Assembly: GCA_047601445.1 (NCBI GenBank)
Contig: JASGJH010000001.1
Coordinates: forward strand, 7,008,001-7,072,000
DNA: 64,000 nucleotides
Direction: 5' to 3'
DNA from: Myxococcales bacterium
Lineage (GTDB): Bacteria > Myxococcota_A > Polyangia > Polyangiales > DASUME01
The notes beneath the pieces were generated by a model, which was not told the DNA's origin, did no database searches, and worked only from the letters and a program-made list of their open reading frames with translations. Positions within the stretch are counted from its first letter, which is position 1. Each line of letters starts with the position of its first letter. Below, one piece after another: positions 12,006-20,807 of the stretch. The position numbers and the translations under genes were made by a program.

Positions 12006-13001
12006 CTAAGGAGCGCTCCCGCGCACGCAGCGCACCAGGGCCATGCCGACGTCGTCTTCGACCCAGTTGTCGAAGCCCTGGTCGAAGCTTACCGTCCACA
12101 CGTCGTGCTCGAAGTTCGTCAGGTGCGACGAGGTCCAGTAGGCGGACGGAGCGGTCCCGGGAAACGCCTTGGGATCGATGGACGGGTTGGATTTGGTCTC
12201 GTCCACCAACGTGTGAAGTTCCTTGATGGTGGGCAAGCGGAACCCTTTGCCGCCGAGGTCGAGCTCGCGGCAGTACACCGCGGCGTCGTCCCATGACTTG
12301 GCGTCGAGCGGTGGGCTTTGCTGCCAGGTGAGCTTGGTGGCGGTGTCTCGGACGGTGGGGCCGGCGACCTCGAACTGACCTGGCGTGGCGTCGCTGCGCA
12401 CGCAGCGCACGCGGTGCTCTGCCGTGACGTCGTCCTCGAACACGAAGCCCGTGCCGAACTCGAAGTTCACGATCCAGGCCGCCGGGAACAGCTCGAAATA
12501 GGGCGAGGCAGACCAGAAGCGTTGGGCGGGCGCGTCCGGAAAAGCGTCTTCGTCGATCAGCGTGTTCGGGCGCGTGAAGTCCAACAGCGAGAGCAGCTCG
12601 ATGCGTGACGGCAGGCGAAAGCCTCCACCGCCGAGCTCCAGGGCCTCACAGAGGGCGCGCGCCTCGGTCCACGCGTGGGTGTCCGGATCCACCTCTCGTT
12701 GCCACTCGAGCCCCGTCACGAGATCGCGCACTACACCGTCCTCGACTCGATAGCTCTGTGGGTTCTCGAGGCCAGGTTGCGCGGGGTTGGGCATTTGCCA
12801 CGCGGCGCGGGCGAACAAGCTCGTCGGTAGCGCTCCGCCGTCGTACGTCTCGAGGTCGGGCAGATCCGGACCGGAGCTCGCTCCGGCATCTCGCGGATGA
12901 GAGACCGTGAGCGCGGCGGGCTCTTCGATTCCGAGCACCGCATTGCACGCCCCGGTCGTCAACGTGAGGCCGAGCGCCGCCGAGAGCAGTGCGGGCCGCA
13001 T
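12006..13001 (-). CDS. Lipoprotein with two DUF1566 (Lcl C-terminal) domains
   Basis: LTTGA-C lipobox. Two copies of V.D..T.L.WQ...W..A...C..L...G.RLP...EL..L...W....VRCVR. TGATG overlap with the upstream gene. Confidence 0.88.
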   Translation of the reverse strand: MRPALLSAALGLTLTTGACNAVLGIEEPAALTVSHPRDAGASSGPDLPDLETYDGGALPTSLFARAAWQMPNPAQPGLENPQSYRVEDGVVRDLVTGLEWQREVDPDTHAWTEARALCEALELGGGGFRLPSRIELLSLLDFTRPNTLIDEDAFPDAPAQRFWSASPYFELFPAAWIVNFEFGTGFVFEDDVTAEHRVRCVRSDATPGQFEVAGPTVRDTATKLTWQQSPPLDAKSWDDAAVYCRELDLGGKGFRLPTIKELHTLVDETKSNPSIDPKAFPGTAPSAYWTSSHLTNFEHDVWTVSFDQGFDNWVEDDVGMALVRCVRGSAP

Positions 13002-14071
13002 CAGAAGCGCCCGCTGACTTGGGCTCCCACGGAGCCTTGGAAGAGCCATGGGGACAGGTTCGCGCGTGCGCGTTGCTCGGCTTCCTTGGAGCCCTTGAGT
13101 CGCCACCACAAGAACGTCGCGAGCCCGCCCGCCGCGAGCGCACCGCCCACCGAGACGAGGATCGTGGCGTTGCGCGCGTAGTCTCGGGCTTCCAGGCGGT
13201 CGGCCCGGCCGTCGGGAGTGCACTGGTTGCCCACGCAATTGACGTCGGACACGTGATTGGAGTGCACGGCGCGCAACGTGTAAAGAAAGCTCGCGCTGAG
13301 CGCCACGCCGCCCGCGCTCATCGCGCTGATGGCGACCCATTCCACCGGCGAGCGGGCGGCCGGGCCGTGTTCCGAGCGGCTCATTTCGGGCACACGAGCC
13401 ACGCTGACCTTGGGTGCCTTGCGTGGTGTCGAGCTTGGCGGGGCAGGGCTCGCGGCTTGGGGAGCGGCTTCGGGCGGGAGCGCGGGGATACTCACGAGCT
13501 GGCTGTCGCCCTGCCCCGAGAGCACGAGCTGCGTGGTCCATTCTTGTTTGCCGACGGCTTTGGCGCGCAACCTGTGGGCACCGCCGTCCAAGTAGAGGCG
13601 CTTGCCCAACTGGCCTTGTTCCAGAGGCAGGTCATCGAGTTCCACGAGGACCTGGCTATCGCTGGGCGCGGACACGATGACACTCGATACGCGAGCCTCG
13701 AGGTCGGCCTCCTTCTGCGCGGCAGCCGCCTCGCGGTCGCGGCGCCCCTCCGCGGCTGCGCGGGCTTTGACCTCGCGATACGTGGAGAGCGCGCTCGCGA
13801 GCCTACCGGCGCGCTCGTAGCAGACGGCCAAGGCGAGGAGACATCCCGTCGCAGGCTCGAGCCGAAAGCTCTCTGAGAAGAGCGGACAGGCACGCTCGTA
13901 GTCTTCCTGTGCGAGTCGATCCTTACCACTCTGAAAGAGCTGCTCCGCGGTCGGGTCTTCGGCACGCGCGCGCCGCGGGCGTGCCGTGATCGTGACGATC
14001 AGCGTGAGCAGACACAGCACCATCATTACGAAGAGGTGCCAGCGCGGCATCGCTCGCGTGCTCCGGATCAT
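13001..14071 (-). CDS. Secreted TPR + PEGA-like protein with hydrophobic hairpin and C-terminal beta-strand
   Basis: AEQLFQSG...ACPLFSESFRLEPATGCLLALAVCYERAGRLASA. Ends ...GSVGAQVSGRF. ATGA overlap with the upstream gene. Confidence 0.82.
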   Translation of the reverse strand: MIRSTRAMPRWHLFVMMVLCLLTLIVTITARPRRARAEDPTAEQLFQSGKDRLAQEDYERACPLFSESFRLEPATGCLLALAVCYERAGRLASALSTYREVKARAAAEGRRDREAAAAQKEADLEARVSSVIVSAPSDSQVLVELDDLPLEQGQLGKRLYLDGGAHRLRAKAVGKQEWTTQLVLSGQGDSQLVSIPALPPEAAPQAASPAPPSSTPRKAPKVSVARVPEMSRSEHGPAARSPVEWVAISAMSAGGVALSASFLYTLRAVHSNHVSDVNCVGNQCTPDGRADRLEARDYARNATILVSVGGALAAGGLATFLWWRLKGSKEAEQRARANLSPWLFQGSVGAQVSGRF

Positions 14072-15789
14072 TCGCGTGTCTCGAAAAGGTTCGCGCCGAC
14101 GTCGCTCGCGGGGGGAGTGACCTCGGGTTGGGAAGACCGCGTTGCTTCGGGAGGGTCCGCTTCGCCGGACAGCGCCGCAGCATGAGCTCGGCGGTGCCGA
14201 CGCGGGGCCTCGTCGAGTCCGCTGGAGTGTTCGTCCAGCGCGGGTACTTCCTGGCGTCGATGATGCTTGGGTGGAGGAAGAGCGGAATCTGGTGGAGGCG
14301 CGTTCGCCACCGTGCCGACCGGGAGCTGCGCCAGCGCGGGTACGACTTTTGGCTCGGCCGTGGGCAGTTCCTTGGCGACCGCACCAATCGCTGCGGCAGG
14401 CTGTGCCTGGGCGACCACCGGCAATGCGGAGAGAGTTGGCTCGACGGGACGCGCGCTGAAGCCTCGCACGGCGAGTCCGCCCAGTACACCGAGCGTCACG
14501 GCCGAAACCAGCAGCCACTTGGAGTCTCGCTTGACCTCGGCGGCCCGCCCCGGTGCCAGGCTCGGAATCGGCTCACTGCGGAGCGGCTGATAGGCCCGCG
14601 CTGCCTGCGTCGCGGCGAGCTTGAGGGGCGGAGGCGTGGAGGGCTGGGCCTGCGCGGTGACGTTGTGTTCGACGGCGGCCTGGCTGACCTTGGGGCCGCT
14701 GCCCACCTCGACAGCCGCGGACTCCAGCTCCGCGGTAGTCCCATCGTCTTCGCGAAGCGCTGCGTGCTCCGCGGTCGGTTCGTCCGCGAGCTCCTCGACC
14801 CAACTCGCTTCCGCCGCTGCGACCTTCTCCGGCGGCACCGGCTTCGGGCGCTCCGACTCGGGATTCCGTTCACGTGGCGCGCGCGCCGCGGTCAGCGCGA
14901 ACGCCGCCAGTGGATTTCCTTTGGGTGGCGTCGACTCATGCTTGGCTTCGAGTGCCTCGTGGGTGACGTGCGCTGCGTCTTGTTCGAGTTTGCGGCCGAG
15001 CCAGGAGCGCAGCCGCTGGGCACGCTTGGAGGCCGCTTCGAGCCCTTGTTGACGTTGCCGAGCCTCTCCTTCTCGGACCACGCGCTCCTGCGCGACTCGC
15101 CACGGGCGATACCTGCGGGCGAGCTCACGAACGGACTCGACGCGTCCGTCGAGCACGCCCAGGTTGATGTCCGCCGGATTCTCGGCCCAGTGGTTGCGCA
15201 GCCACCAGCAATTGCTGCTGGCATCGTGCCAAATCAGATGGCCATCCTTGAGCACCTGGAAGGGCGTCGCGATCGCTCCACGAAAGCTGTAGCGCTCCTG
15301 GCCGCTTGCCCCCGTCCTCCACAGGGCAGGCGTGGCGAAGTCGGAGACCACGACGTCGTTGACGAGGTACGCATCACGCTCGGAGCAAGGCGAGCAGACC
15401 TCGATGATGAAGTCCACCAGCCCTTGATCGGAGCGAGGAGAATAGGCCGAGATGGTCCGTTGTCCGAATGGATTGACCAGCAGCTCGAGGCAAACTCGGC
15501 TCACCGCCAGCGACCAATCTGGTTTGAGTTCTACCTGGGCGTATGGCTGACCGTTCTCATCGAGGTGGATGCCTGCCCCATGTCCGAGCGAGGCTTGGGT
15601 GATCAGCACGGGCCAGTAGCCCACGGGCACGTCGTCGAGGCGCGGAAACGGGTCGACGGTGGCGCTGAGGGACCAAAGCGGCGCCAGGTCTCGGACCACC
15701 TGCTTCTGTATCGCCGCACTCACCCGTGCAAGATCCGATAAGTCTACGCCGTCCGCTTCGGGCACCAGGGCGATGTGTTGGGTGTTCAT
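14068..15789 (-). CDS. Bitopic membrane protein: degenerate HExxE metalloprotease-like N-terminal domain, Pro/Ala linker, TM, Pro-rich tail
   Basis: AAIQKQVVRDLAPLW, GIH...GQPYA, WSLAVSRVCLELLVNP, EVCSPC, V.VSDF.TP. TM WLLVSAVTLGVLGGLAV. Confidence 0.7.
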   Translation of the reverse strand: MNTQHIALVPEADGVDLSDLARVSAAIQKQVVRDLAPLWSLSATVDPFPRLDDVPVGYWPVLITQASLGHGAGIHLDENGQPYAQVELKPDWSLAVSRVCLELLVNPFGQRTISAYSPRSDQGLVDFIIEVCSPCSERDAYLVNDVVVSDFATPALWRTGASGQERYSFRGAIATPFQVLKDGHLIWHDASSNCWWLRNHWAENPADINLGVLDGRVESVRELARRYRPWRVAQERVVREGEARQRQQGLEAASKRAQRLRSWLGRKLEQDAAHVTHEALEAKHESTPPKGNPLAAFALTAARAPRERNPESERPKPVPPEKVAAAEASWVEELADEPTAEHAALREDDGTTAELESAAVEVGSGPKVSQAAVEHNVTAQAQPSTPPPLKLAATQAARAYQPLRSEPIPSLAPGRAAEVKRDSKWLLVSAVTLGVLGGLAVRGFSARPVEPTLSALPVVAQAQPAAAIGAVAKELPTAEPKVVPALAQLPVGTVANAPPPDSALPPPKHHRRQEVPALDEHSSGLDEAPRRHRRAHAAALSGEADPPEATRSSQPEVTPPASDVGANLFETRE

Positions 15790-15818
15790 TGTCTAGACCT
15801 CACGCTGCGCCCGCGTGG

Positions 15819-15834
15819 AGCACGGGACATGCCA
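15819..15834 (-). promoter_or_regulatory. sigma54 -24/-12 promoter for the 15789-12006 cassette
   Basis: Minus strand TGGCAT-GTCCC-GTGCT, about 30 nt before the ATG, which has a GAGG RBS. Confidence 0.55.
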
Positions 15835-15986
15835 GATGGGGCTCTCTGCGGATGCATGTTGCGCCGCAATCTCACGCTGATTTTTCCCGTTCACGATCCT
15901 CTCCCATCGGCTCGTCTCCTTCATCCCGTGACGGCCCCTAGGCTCCCCACGTCCGGCCCTGGCACCCAGGCCCGGTCCCGGGGACC

Positions 15987-16958
15987 TCAGCGCACACAGC
16001 GGACTCGATGCACGCTGTCGGCCGCGAACCAGGCGTCTGATCCATGTCCAAAGTCCACCGCCCAATGGAAATCGGTGAAGCGCGCCAGCGACGTCGCAGA
16101 CCAGTAGTAAGCTGACGGTTCACCCGCGAAAGCTTCCTGGTCGAGGGCCGGGCCGGCACGCGTCTCGTCTACCAGCGAATGCAGCTCCTTGAGCGTGGGC
16201 AGTCGCCAGAGCTCCTCCGCAGTAGCCAGACCCATGCAGTACGCCTCTGCGCCCGCAGCGTCGTAGGTGGAGTCGGGAGACTTCGTCTGCCAGACCAGGC
16301 GTGTTCCCGCATCACGAACGCCGTTCGATAGGGCCTTGAAGGGCGACCCTTGCGCTTGTGAGCCCCCGCGCACGCAGCGAACCGGGTGGAGTTCATCGAT
16401 GGACACCGGAAGTACGTTCGTGCCCGAGAATCCAAAGTCCACCAGCCAGGCTGTGCCTGCACGACCTGCCAGGGGCGACGCGGACCAGTAGCGGTCTGCG
16501 ACGAAGCCAGGGAACGCCTCGAGCTCGTCGCTCTCGCTGTTCTGATCGAGAGCTAGCAACGACACGAGCTCGATGCGTGCAGGGAGCCGAAACCCTCCGC
16601 CATCCACGGTGAGCGCCGCACAATAGGTCTCCGCATCCAGCCAGCTGCGTGGCGTGGAATCGGTGCCGGCTTGCCACTCGAGCTTGGTCACGTCGTCCCG
16701 GACGACGCCCTCCACCGGGCTGCTATAGGCACGTGGGTAGGAGCCCTCCGGGGTGCCGTCCGGCATGGGCCAGCGCGCCCAGGCGTAGGGCGAGGGCTGG
16801 AGTGCGAGCCCGCCGTCGGCGCTGGGGCCCTCGGCGGTCGCATGAATCAGCACGCCGGCTTCATGCTCGGGTGGATCCGGCAAGTCGATGCCGAGCATCG
16901 CGCTGCACGCGCTGGAGGCGAGCGAGATCAGCGTGATCGGGCCCCGTGCAGCACGCAT
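15987..16958 (-). CDS. Lipoprotein with two DUF1566 domains (paralog of 12006-13001)
   Basis: ASSA-C lipobox, W.MP, VVRDDVTKLEWQ, FRLPARIELVSL, two VRCVR ends. Confidence 0.88.
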   Translation of the reverse strand: MRAARGPITLISLASSACSAMLGIDLPDPPEHEAGVLIHATAEGPSADGGLALQPSPYAWARWPMPDGTPEGSYPRAYSSPVEGVVRDDVTKLEWQAGTDSTPRSWLDAETYCAALTVDGGGFRLPARIELVSLLALDQNSESDELEAFPGFVADRYWSASPLAGRAGTAWLVDFGFSGTNVLPVSIDELHPVRCVRGGSQAQGSPFKALSNGVRDAGTRLVWQTKSPDSTYDAAGAEAYCMGLATAEELWRLPTLKELHSLVDETRAGPALDQEAFAGEPSAYYWSATSLARFTDFHWAVDFGHGSDAWFAADSVHRVRCVR

Positions 16959-16977
16959 GGGTGAGGCCTGGGAGCGT

Positions 16978-19900
16978 CTACTCGAGGTTTTCACATTTGT
17001 CATAGGCGGGCTGCGGCTGCTTGCCGACCAGGGCGTCGCGCGAGAGGCCATCGAGATAGAGAAACACGGCAAAGCCGGCGTTCATCGCGCCGCGCAGGGT
17101 CCAGGTCTCGAAGTCGTCTTGCTTGATTCGGTTCTCCTCGGTGAGCCAGGTGCTGGGACAAATGGGCAGCGGGTTGTCGGGAGAGCGTGCGGCTTGCACT
17201 TCTTCCACGCGCGGCACGTTCTTGGGATCGGTCGGCCACATCACGCACCATGGACCCAAATTGCCAGTGGCCACACCGGTCACGCTGTTCGCGCTCACGA
17301 TGCCGCGCTCGTCGCCGACCAAGGCGTACGCGGGGTACGTTTCCGGGCGGTACCACGACGATCGTGCGTCCAGGTTGGACGGCGCGCTCTTGATCTTGAA
17401 ATCGCCATTGTCGTAGTAGATTGCGCGCACCGGCGGTCGAGTGCCCCAGGCGCACAGCTTTTGCCAGACTTCGGCGTCTGCGTTCGTCCCGATCAGTGCC
17501 GAGCCCGTGTAGTCCGTGCGCCCGCTCTGCACGTTGAAGATGGGCGCGCTGTTCAGGTTGTAGCCCAACGACTGCCCGCACAGGCTCTGCGCGATGGCCA
17601 ACATGTTGGCGGAGCCTGCCTTGGCCGGATAGTCACGCGACACCCCGAGCACGCTCACTGCGCCCACTACGTCGAGGATCGCGTTGGGGATCTGGCGCTG
17701 CGTGCCTCCGAGGCCCATCCAGGCCACGTAGCGGGCGGTCCAGTCGTCGTAGGTCAGACCCTCGGTGAGATACTTGGACAACCCGAACACGCGCTTGCGG
17801 TTTTCGCCGGGTGCCGAGGAAGGGCCGAGGATGCCCTCCTTGAAGTTGGCCACGCGGGCTTCGCCTCCGGTGAGCGACATCAAGGTGTCGGCCTGGCGCC
17901 CTCGCGAGTCGTACTTGGCGCCGTGGCAGTTGACGCAAATCTCATTGAAGACCATGGCGCCAGGGGACTGGTAGTACAGCGGATCGGTGGGCCTCGGAGT
18001 GGGGGTCTTCTTGTCGAACCACCACGGGCGCGTCTCGGGTGTCAGCGACGAGACGCGAGGGATGTCCTGATAGGTGCAGTCGTCCTTGGGCTGCCAGAGC
18101 CCGAACGGCACGGGGGTGGTCGCGAACGCGCGGAAGCCGTTGGTCAGGCGCGCCTGCTTGAGCATGCTCACCACCTTCTTCTGCTGCGGATCCGAGCCGA
18201 CTTCGCCGTCCACCAACACCGAGGCCCAATCCGTGCGCCGCGGATACCACTCGCCTGGCGTCTCGGTAATGTCCGTTAGCACCCAGTGCGCGTGATCGGG
18301 CACGCCGTCGTTCTTGAGGGAGGCGAACAGGCCGTCGACGCTCTGGTCGGAGTCGAGCTCCGCCTGCTTGCTCATGGAGGGCAGAGAGGAGTGATCGCCC
18401 GGCGTGAGCTGAGTACCGCCGACGTTCGGATCCAGGATATCGCTGGTATCGGGGCAATACTTGGTCGCGCGATCGGGGGACAGGAACAACAAGCTCAGCT
18501 CTGGGTTCTGCACCGCGAAGGTCTGGCGGTCACCCGGCGCGGTCTTGTCGATGCCGACTGCACCGCCCACGTGATAGGCAGTCAATCGTTGATCGGCGCC
18601 CGCGAGGGCATCCTGATAGCCGGGATCGCCAGGCTTGACCTCGGAATACAGCGTTTGACCTTCGGCGAGTCCGCCGGTGGACCAGTCCATTTTGAAGCAG
18701 ATCCCCGTGCAGCCCTCCGCGTCGTTCATGCGCGCCGGAATGCTGATCATCCAGTTGCCGAAGATCTCGGGCACACGGCAGTCGAAGCCCACCGAGTTCA
18801 TCGGCATGTGCGGGAACAACGCGTAGTCCTCTGCATAGGTGAAAGGACTCTCCACGTTGCGATAGATCAGGCTGCGCCAGGGCGCGACCATGTAGTAGCC
18901 ATTGAAGGCCCCGTTGCTGCCCGGGTAGCCCATCCACTTCTGCGCGTAAATCGAGCTGTTCGGCTGCTCCTCGTCGAACAGCCAGGGCACGATGTACGGA
19001 ATCTGCGATTCCTGCTTCTCGCCGCGCTTGATGCGCGGGCTCGTGCGCTCCAGAGGGAACTGGAAGACACCGCCGCTCTGTTCGTTCGGAAAGAAATCGA
19101 GTAAGTCCTTCAGCTCCGGGTTCTGCGTGGTGGGAAAGCCACGGGGGTTGTGGCAATGGGCGCAGTTCCCAAGCATGTAGCCCTGGGCCTTGAGCTCGTG
19201 GTCGTTGCGCGGCGGGCGCGCGCCCTGGGATTGTTCGAGCGTCTTGACCTCGTCAGGGCTCGAAAGGCCAGTGATGGTACCGTATTCGATCAGACGCTCG
19301 AGTTGCTCGAGCTCGTCTTCGCTGGTGTCCTCGTAGGTCCCGCCTTCGCCAGTAGCGCGCCGACGCATTTGCAGCGGTGTGAGCCCGAGCAGGAAGCTTC
19401 GGTTGTGGCTGCCCATGTGGCACTGGATACAGCGCTCGCGGCCGGGGATCGCGTAGTTCCGCATGGCGCCTGCTCTGAACAGCGCTGCCACTCTGTTGGA
19501 GGGCTCCTTGGCCACCACCTCGGCGGCTTTGACCTCGTTGGACACGTAGCTCAGCATGACGTCGCGAAACGGCTTGCCGTCGCGTAGCGCCCCCGTGACC
19601 AAGATGGCCTCGGTCTCCTCTTCGTTCCACGCATAGGTTCCGAATAGGGAGCGCGTCTCGTGGGACCCGTCCGGCTCGTCGGGCCCATCGGCGCGCACTA
19701 CGATCAGGCGGGTCTCGATCTTCTTGTAGCGCGCGTTTCCGTTCGCATCGATGACCTCTTTCATGAAGGTCTTGTACACGCGCGTGTTATCCGGGACGTC
19801 GAACTCCTGGGTCTTGGCGTCGAACGCCAGGGACTCGCCGCGCGGCAAGCGCAGATGGCGCATCTTGCGTGCGTTGTCCGAGAAGAGCGGGTAAGCGGGC

Positions 19901-20715
19901 GCGTACGAAAGCACGCCCTGGTGCGCCAGGACCTCGGAGTCGTAGCTGACGAGGTCCGTCTGATCCAAGCGACTGGGAAGCGCCGTGGCGGATGCGAAGA
20001 AGGCATCCTTGGCGTCCATGGAGCTCTCGTCGGTGGCCAGCATGGCCCGGTTCGGGAGGCAGCTGCCGATGTTGGTGAGGCTCTGGGCCACGCTCTTGCG
20101 GAGCACGTAGGTATTCGCGGGGCCTGTCGTGCTGTCGTCTCCCACGTACAAGAGATCACCGGGCGAACCGGCCTTGAACCACAGCTCGAGCAGTTGCGCG
20201 AGCTCGACCAAGGGGTCGGTCTCCGCACGTTCGGACCAGGGCTTGGCGTTCGACTGTCCTGGCGGCGGCATGTACTTGTTGGGATCCTCGGAGCGGATGC
20301 GCTCGAGGATGAGGGCCTGGCGTGAGCTGGTCGCCTCGGCGAACTCGCCTACGTCCTTGACCTGAAAATCTCCGCGGATGGTCTCCACGTGGCAGGCACC
20401 ACAAGCACCCTTGAAGAGGCCGAACAAGTTGCTCGTGAGCACCGCGCGCTGGCCGGGCTTGAGGTTCAGCACACTCACCACGTCGCGCGCAGGGACAGGC
20501 TCGGCGGACTGCACGCTGGCGCACTTGGCGACCTCGGGTCCGGGATCGGGGACCTCGGACTCGCCGTCATCCTCTCCGCCGACGCCGGCATCGAACACGC
20601 ATAGCTTGGCGTGCGCAGCGGGACGCTCGCGCGAACAACCCGCGGTCCCGGCCAGGCTCCACGAGAGCAAGAGCATCAGCGACACACGACGGAAGAGCAT
20701 TCGTGACATGACCAT
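16978..20715 (-). CDS. Large tetraheme c-type cytochrome lipoprotein with SO2930/HNE_0200-like diheme core
   Basis: TAG-C lipobox. CXXCH at 20403-20389 (CGACH), 19431-19417 (CIQCH), 19164-19150 (CAHCH) and 17937-17923 (CVNCH). Also PLFSDNARK.R, YKTF, IETRLIV, YAWN. Confidence 0.85.
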   Translation of the reverse strand: MVMSRMLFRRVSLMLLLSWSLAGTAGCSRERPAAHAKLCVFDAGVGGEDDGESEVPDPGPEVAKCASVQSAEPVPARDVVSVLNLKPGQRAVLTSNLFGLFKGACGACHVETIRGDFQVKDVGEFAEATSSRQALILERIRSEDPNKYMPPPGQSNAKPWSERAETDPLVELAQLLELWFKAGSPGDLLYVGDDSTTGPANTYVLRKSVAQSLTNIGSCLPNRAMLATDESSMDAKDAFFASATALPSRLDQTDLVSYDSEVLAHQGVLSYAPAYPLFSDNARKMRHLRLPRGESLAFDAKTQEFDVPDNTRVYKTFMKEVIDANGNARYKKIETRLIVVRADGPDEPDGSHETRSLFGTYAWNEEETEAILVTGALRDGKPFRDVMLSYVSNEVKAAEVVAKEPSNRVAALFRAGAMRNYAIPGRERCIQCHMGSHNRSFLLGLTPLQMRRRATGEGGTYEDTSEDELEQLERLIEYGTITGLSSPDEVKTLEQSQGARPPRNDHELKAQGYMLGNCAHCHNPRGFPTTQNPELKDLLDFFPNEQSGGVFQFPLERTSPRIKRGEKQESQIPYIVPWLFDEEQPNSSIYAQKWMGYPGSNGAFNGYYMVAPWRSLIYRNVESPFTYAEDYALFPHMPMNSVGFDCRVPEIFGNWMISIPARMNDAEGCTGICFKMDWSTGGLAEGQTLYSEVKPGDPGYQDALAGADQRLTAYHVGGAVGIDKTAPGDRQTFAVQNPELSLLFLSPDRATKYCPDTSDILDPNVGGTQLTPGDHSSLPSMSKQAELDSDQSVDGLFASLKNDGVPDHAHWVLTDITETPGEWYPRRTDWASVLVDGEVGSDPQQKKVVSMLKQARLTNGFRAFATTPVPFGLWQPKDDCTYQDIPRVSSLTPETRPWWFDKKTPTPRPTDPLYYQSPGAMVFNEICVNCHGAKYDSRGRQADTLMSLTGGEARVANFKEGILGPSSAPGENRKRVFGLSKYLTEGLTYDDWTARYVAWMGLGGTQRQIPNAILDVVGAVSVLGVSRDYPAKAGSANMLAIAQSLCGQSLGYNLNSAPIFNVQSGRTDYTGSALIGTNADAEVWQKLCAWGTRPPVRAIYYDNGDFKIKSAPSNLDARSSWYRPETYPAYALVGDERGIVSANSVTGVATGNLGPWCVMWPTDPKNVPRVEEVQAARSPDNPLPICPSTWLTEENRIKQDDFETWTLRGAMNAGFAVFLYLDGLSRDALVGKQPQPAYDKCENLE

Positions 20716-20807
20716 GGGATGCACGCGACCCCTGGCGTCGCTTGCCGCGACGTCAGGGGCGCTTTGGATGGACGTTTTCGAGCCCGGCGACATCCGCGAA
20801 GGAGCGG

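Noticed and set aside
14128..15741. Long antisense or alternate-frame ORFs (also 16888-18279, 26626-28077, 29800-31176, 45815-47470, 55182-56672, 60860-62221)
   Set aside because: Typical shadows of real genes in high-GC DNA, with no motifs.
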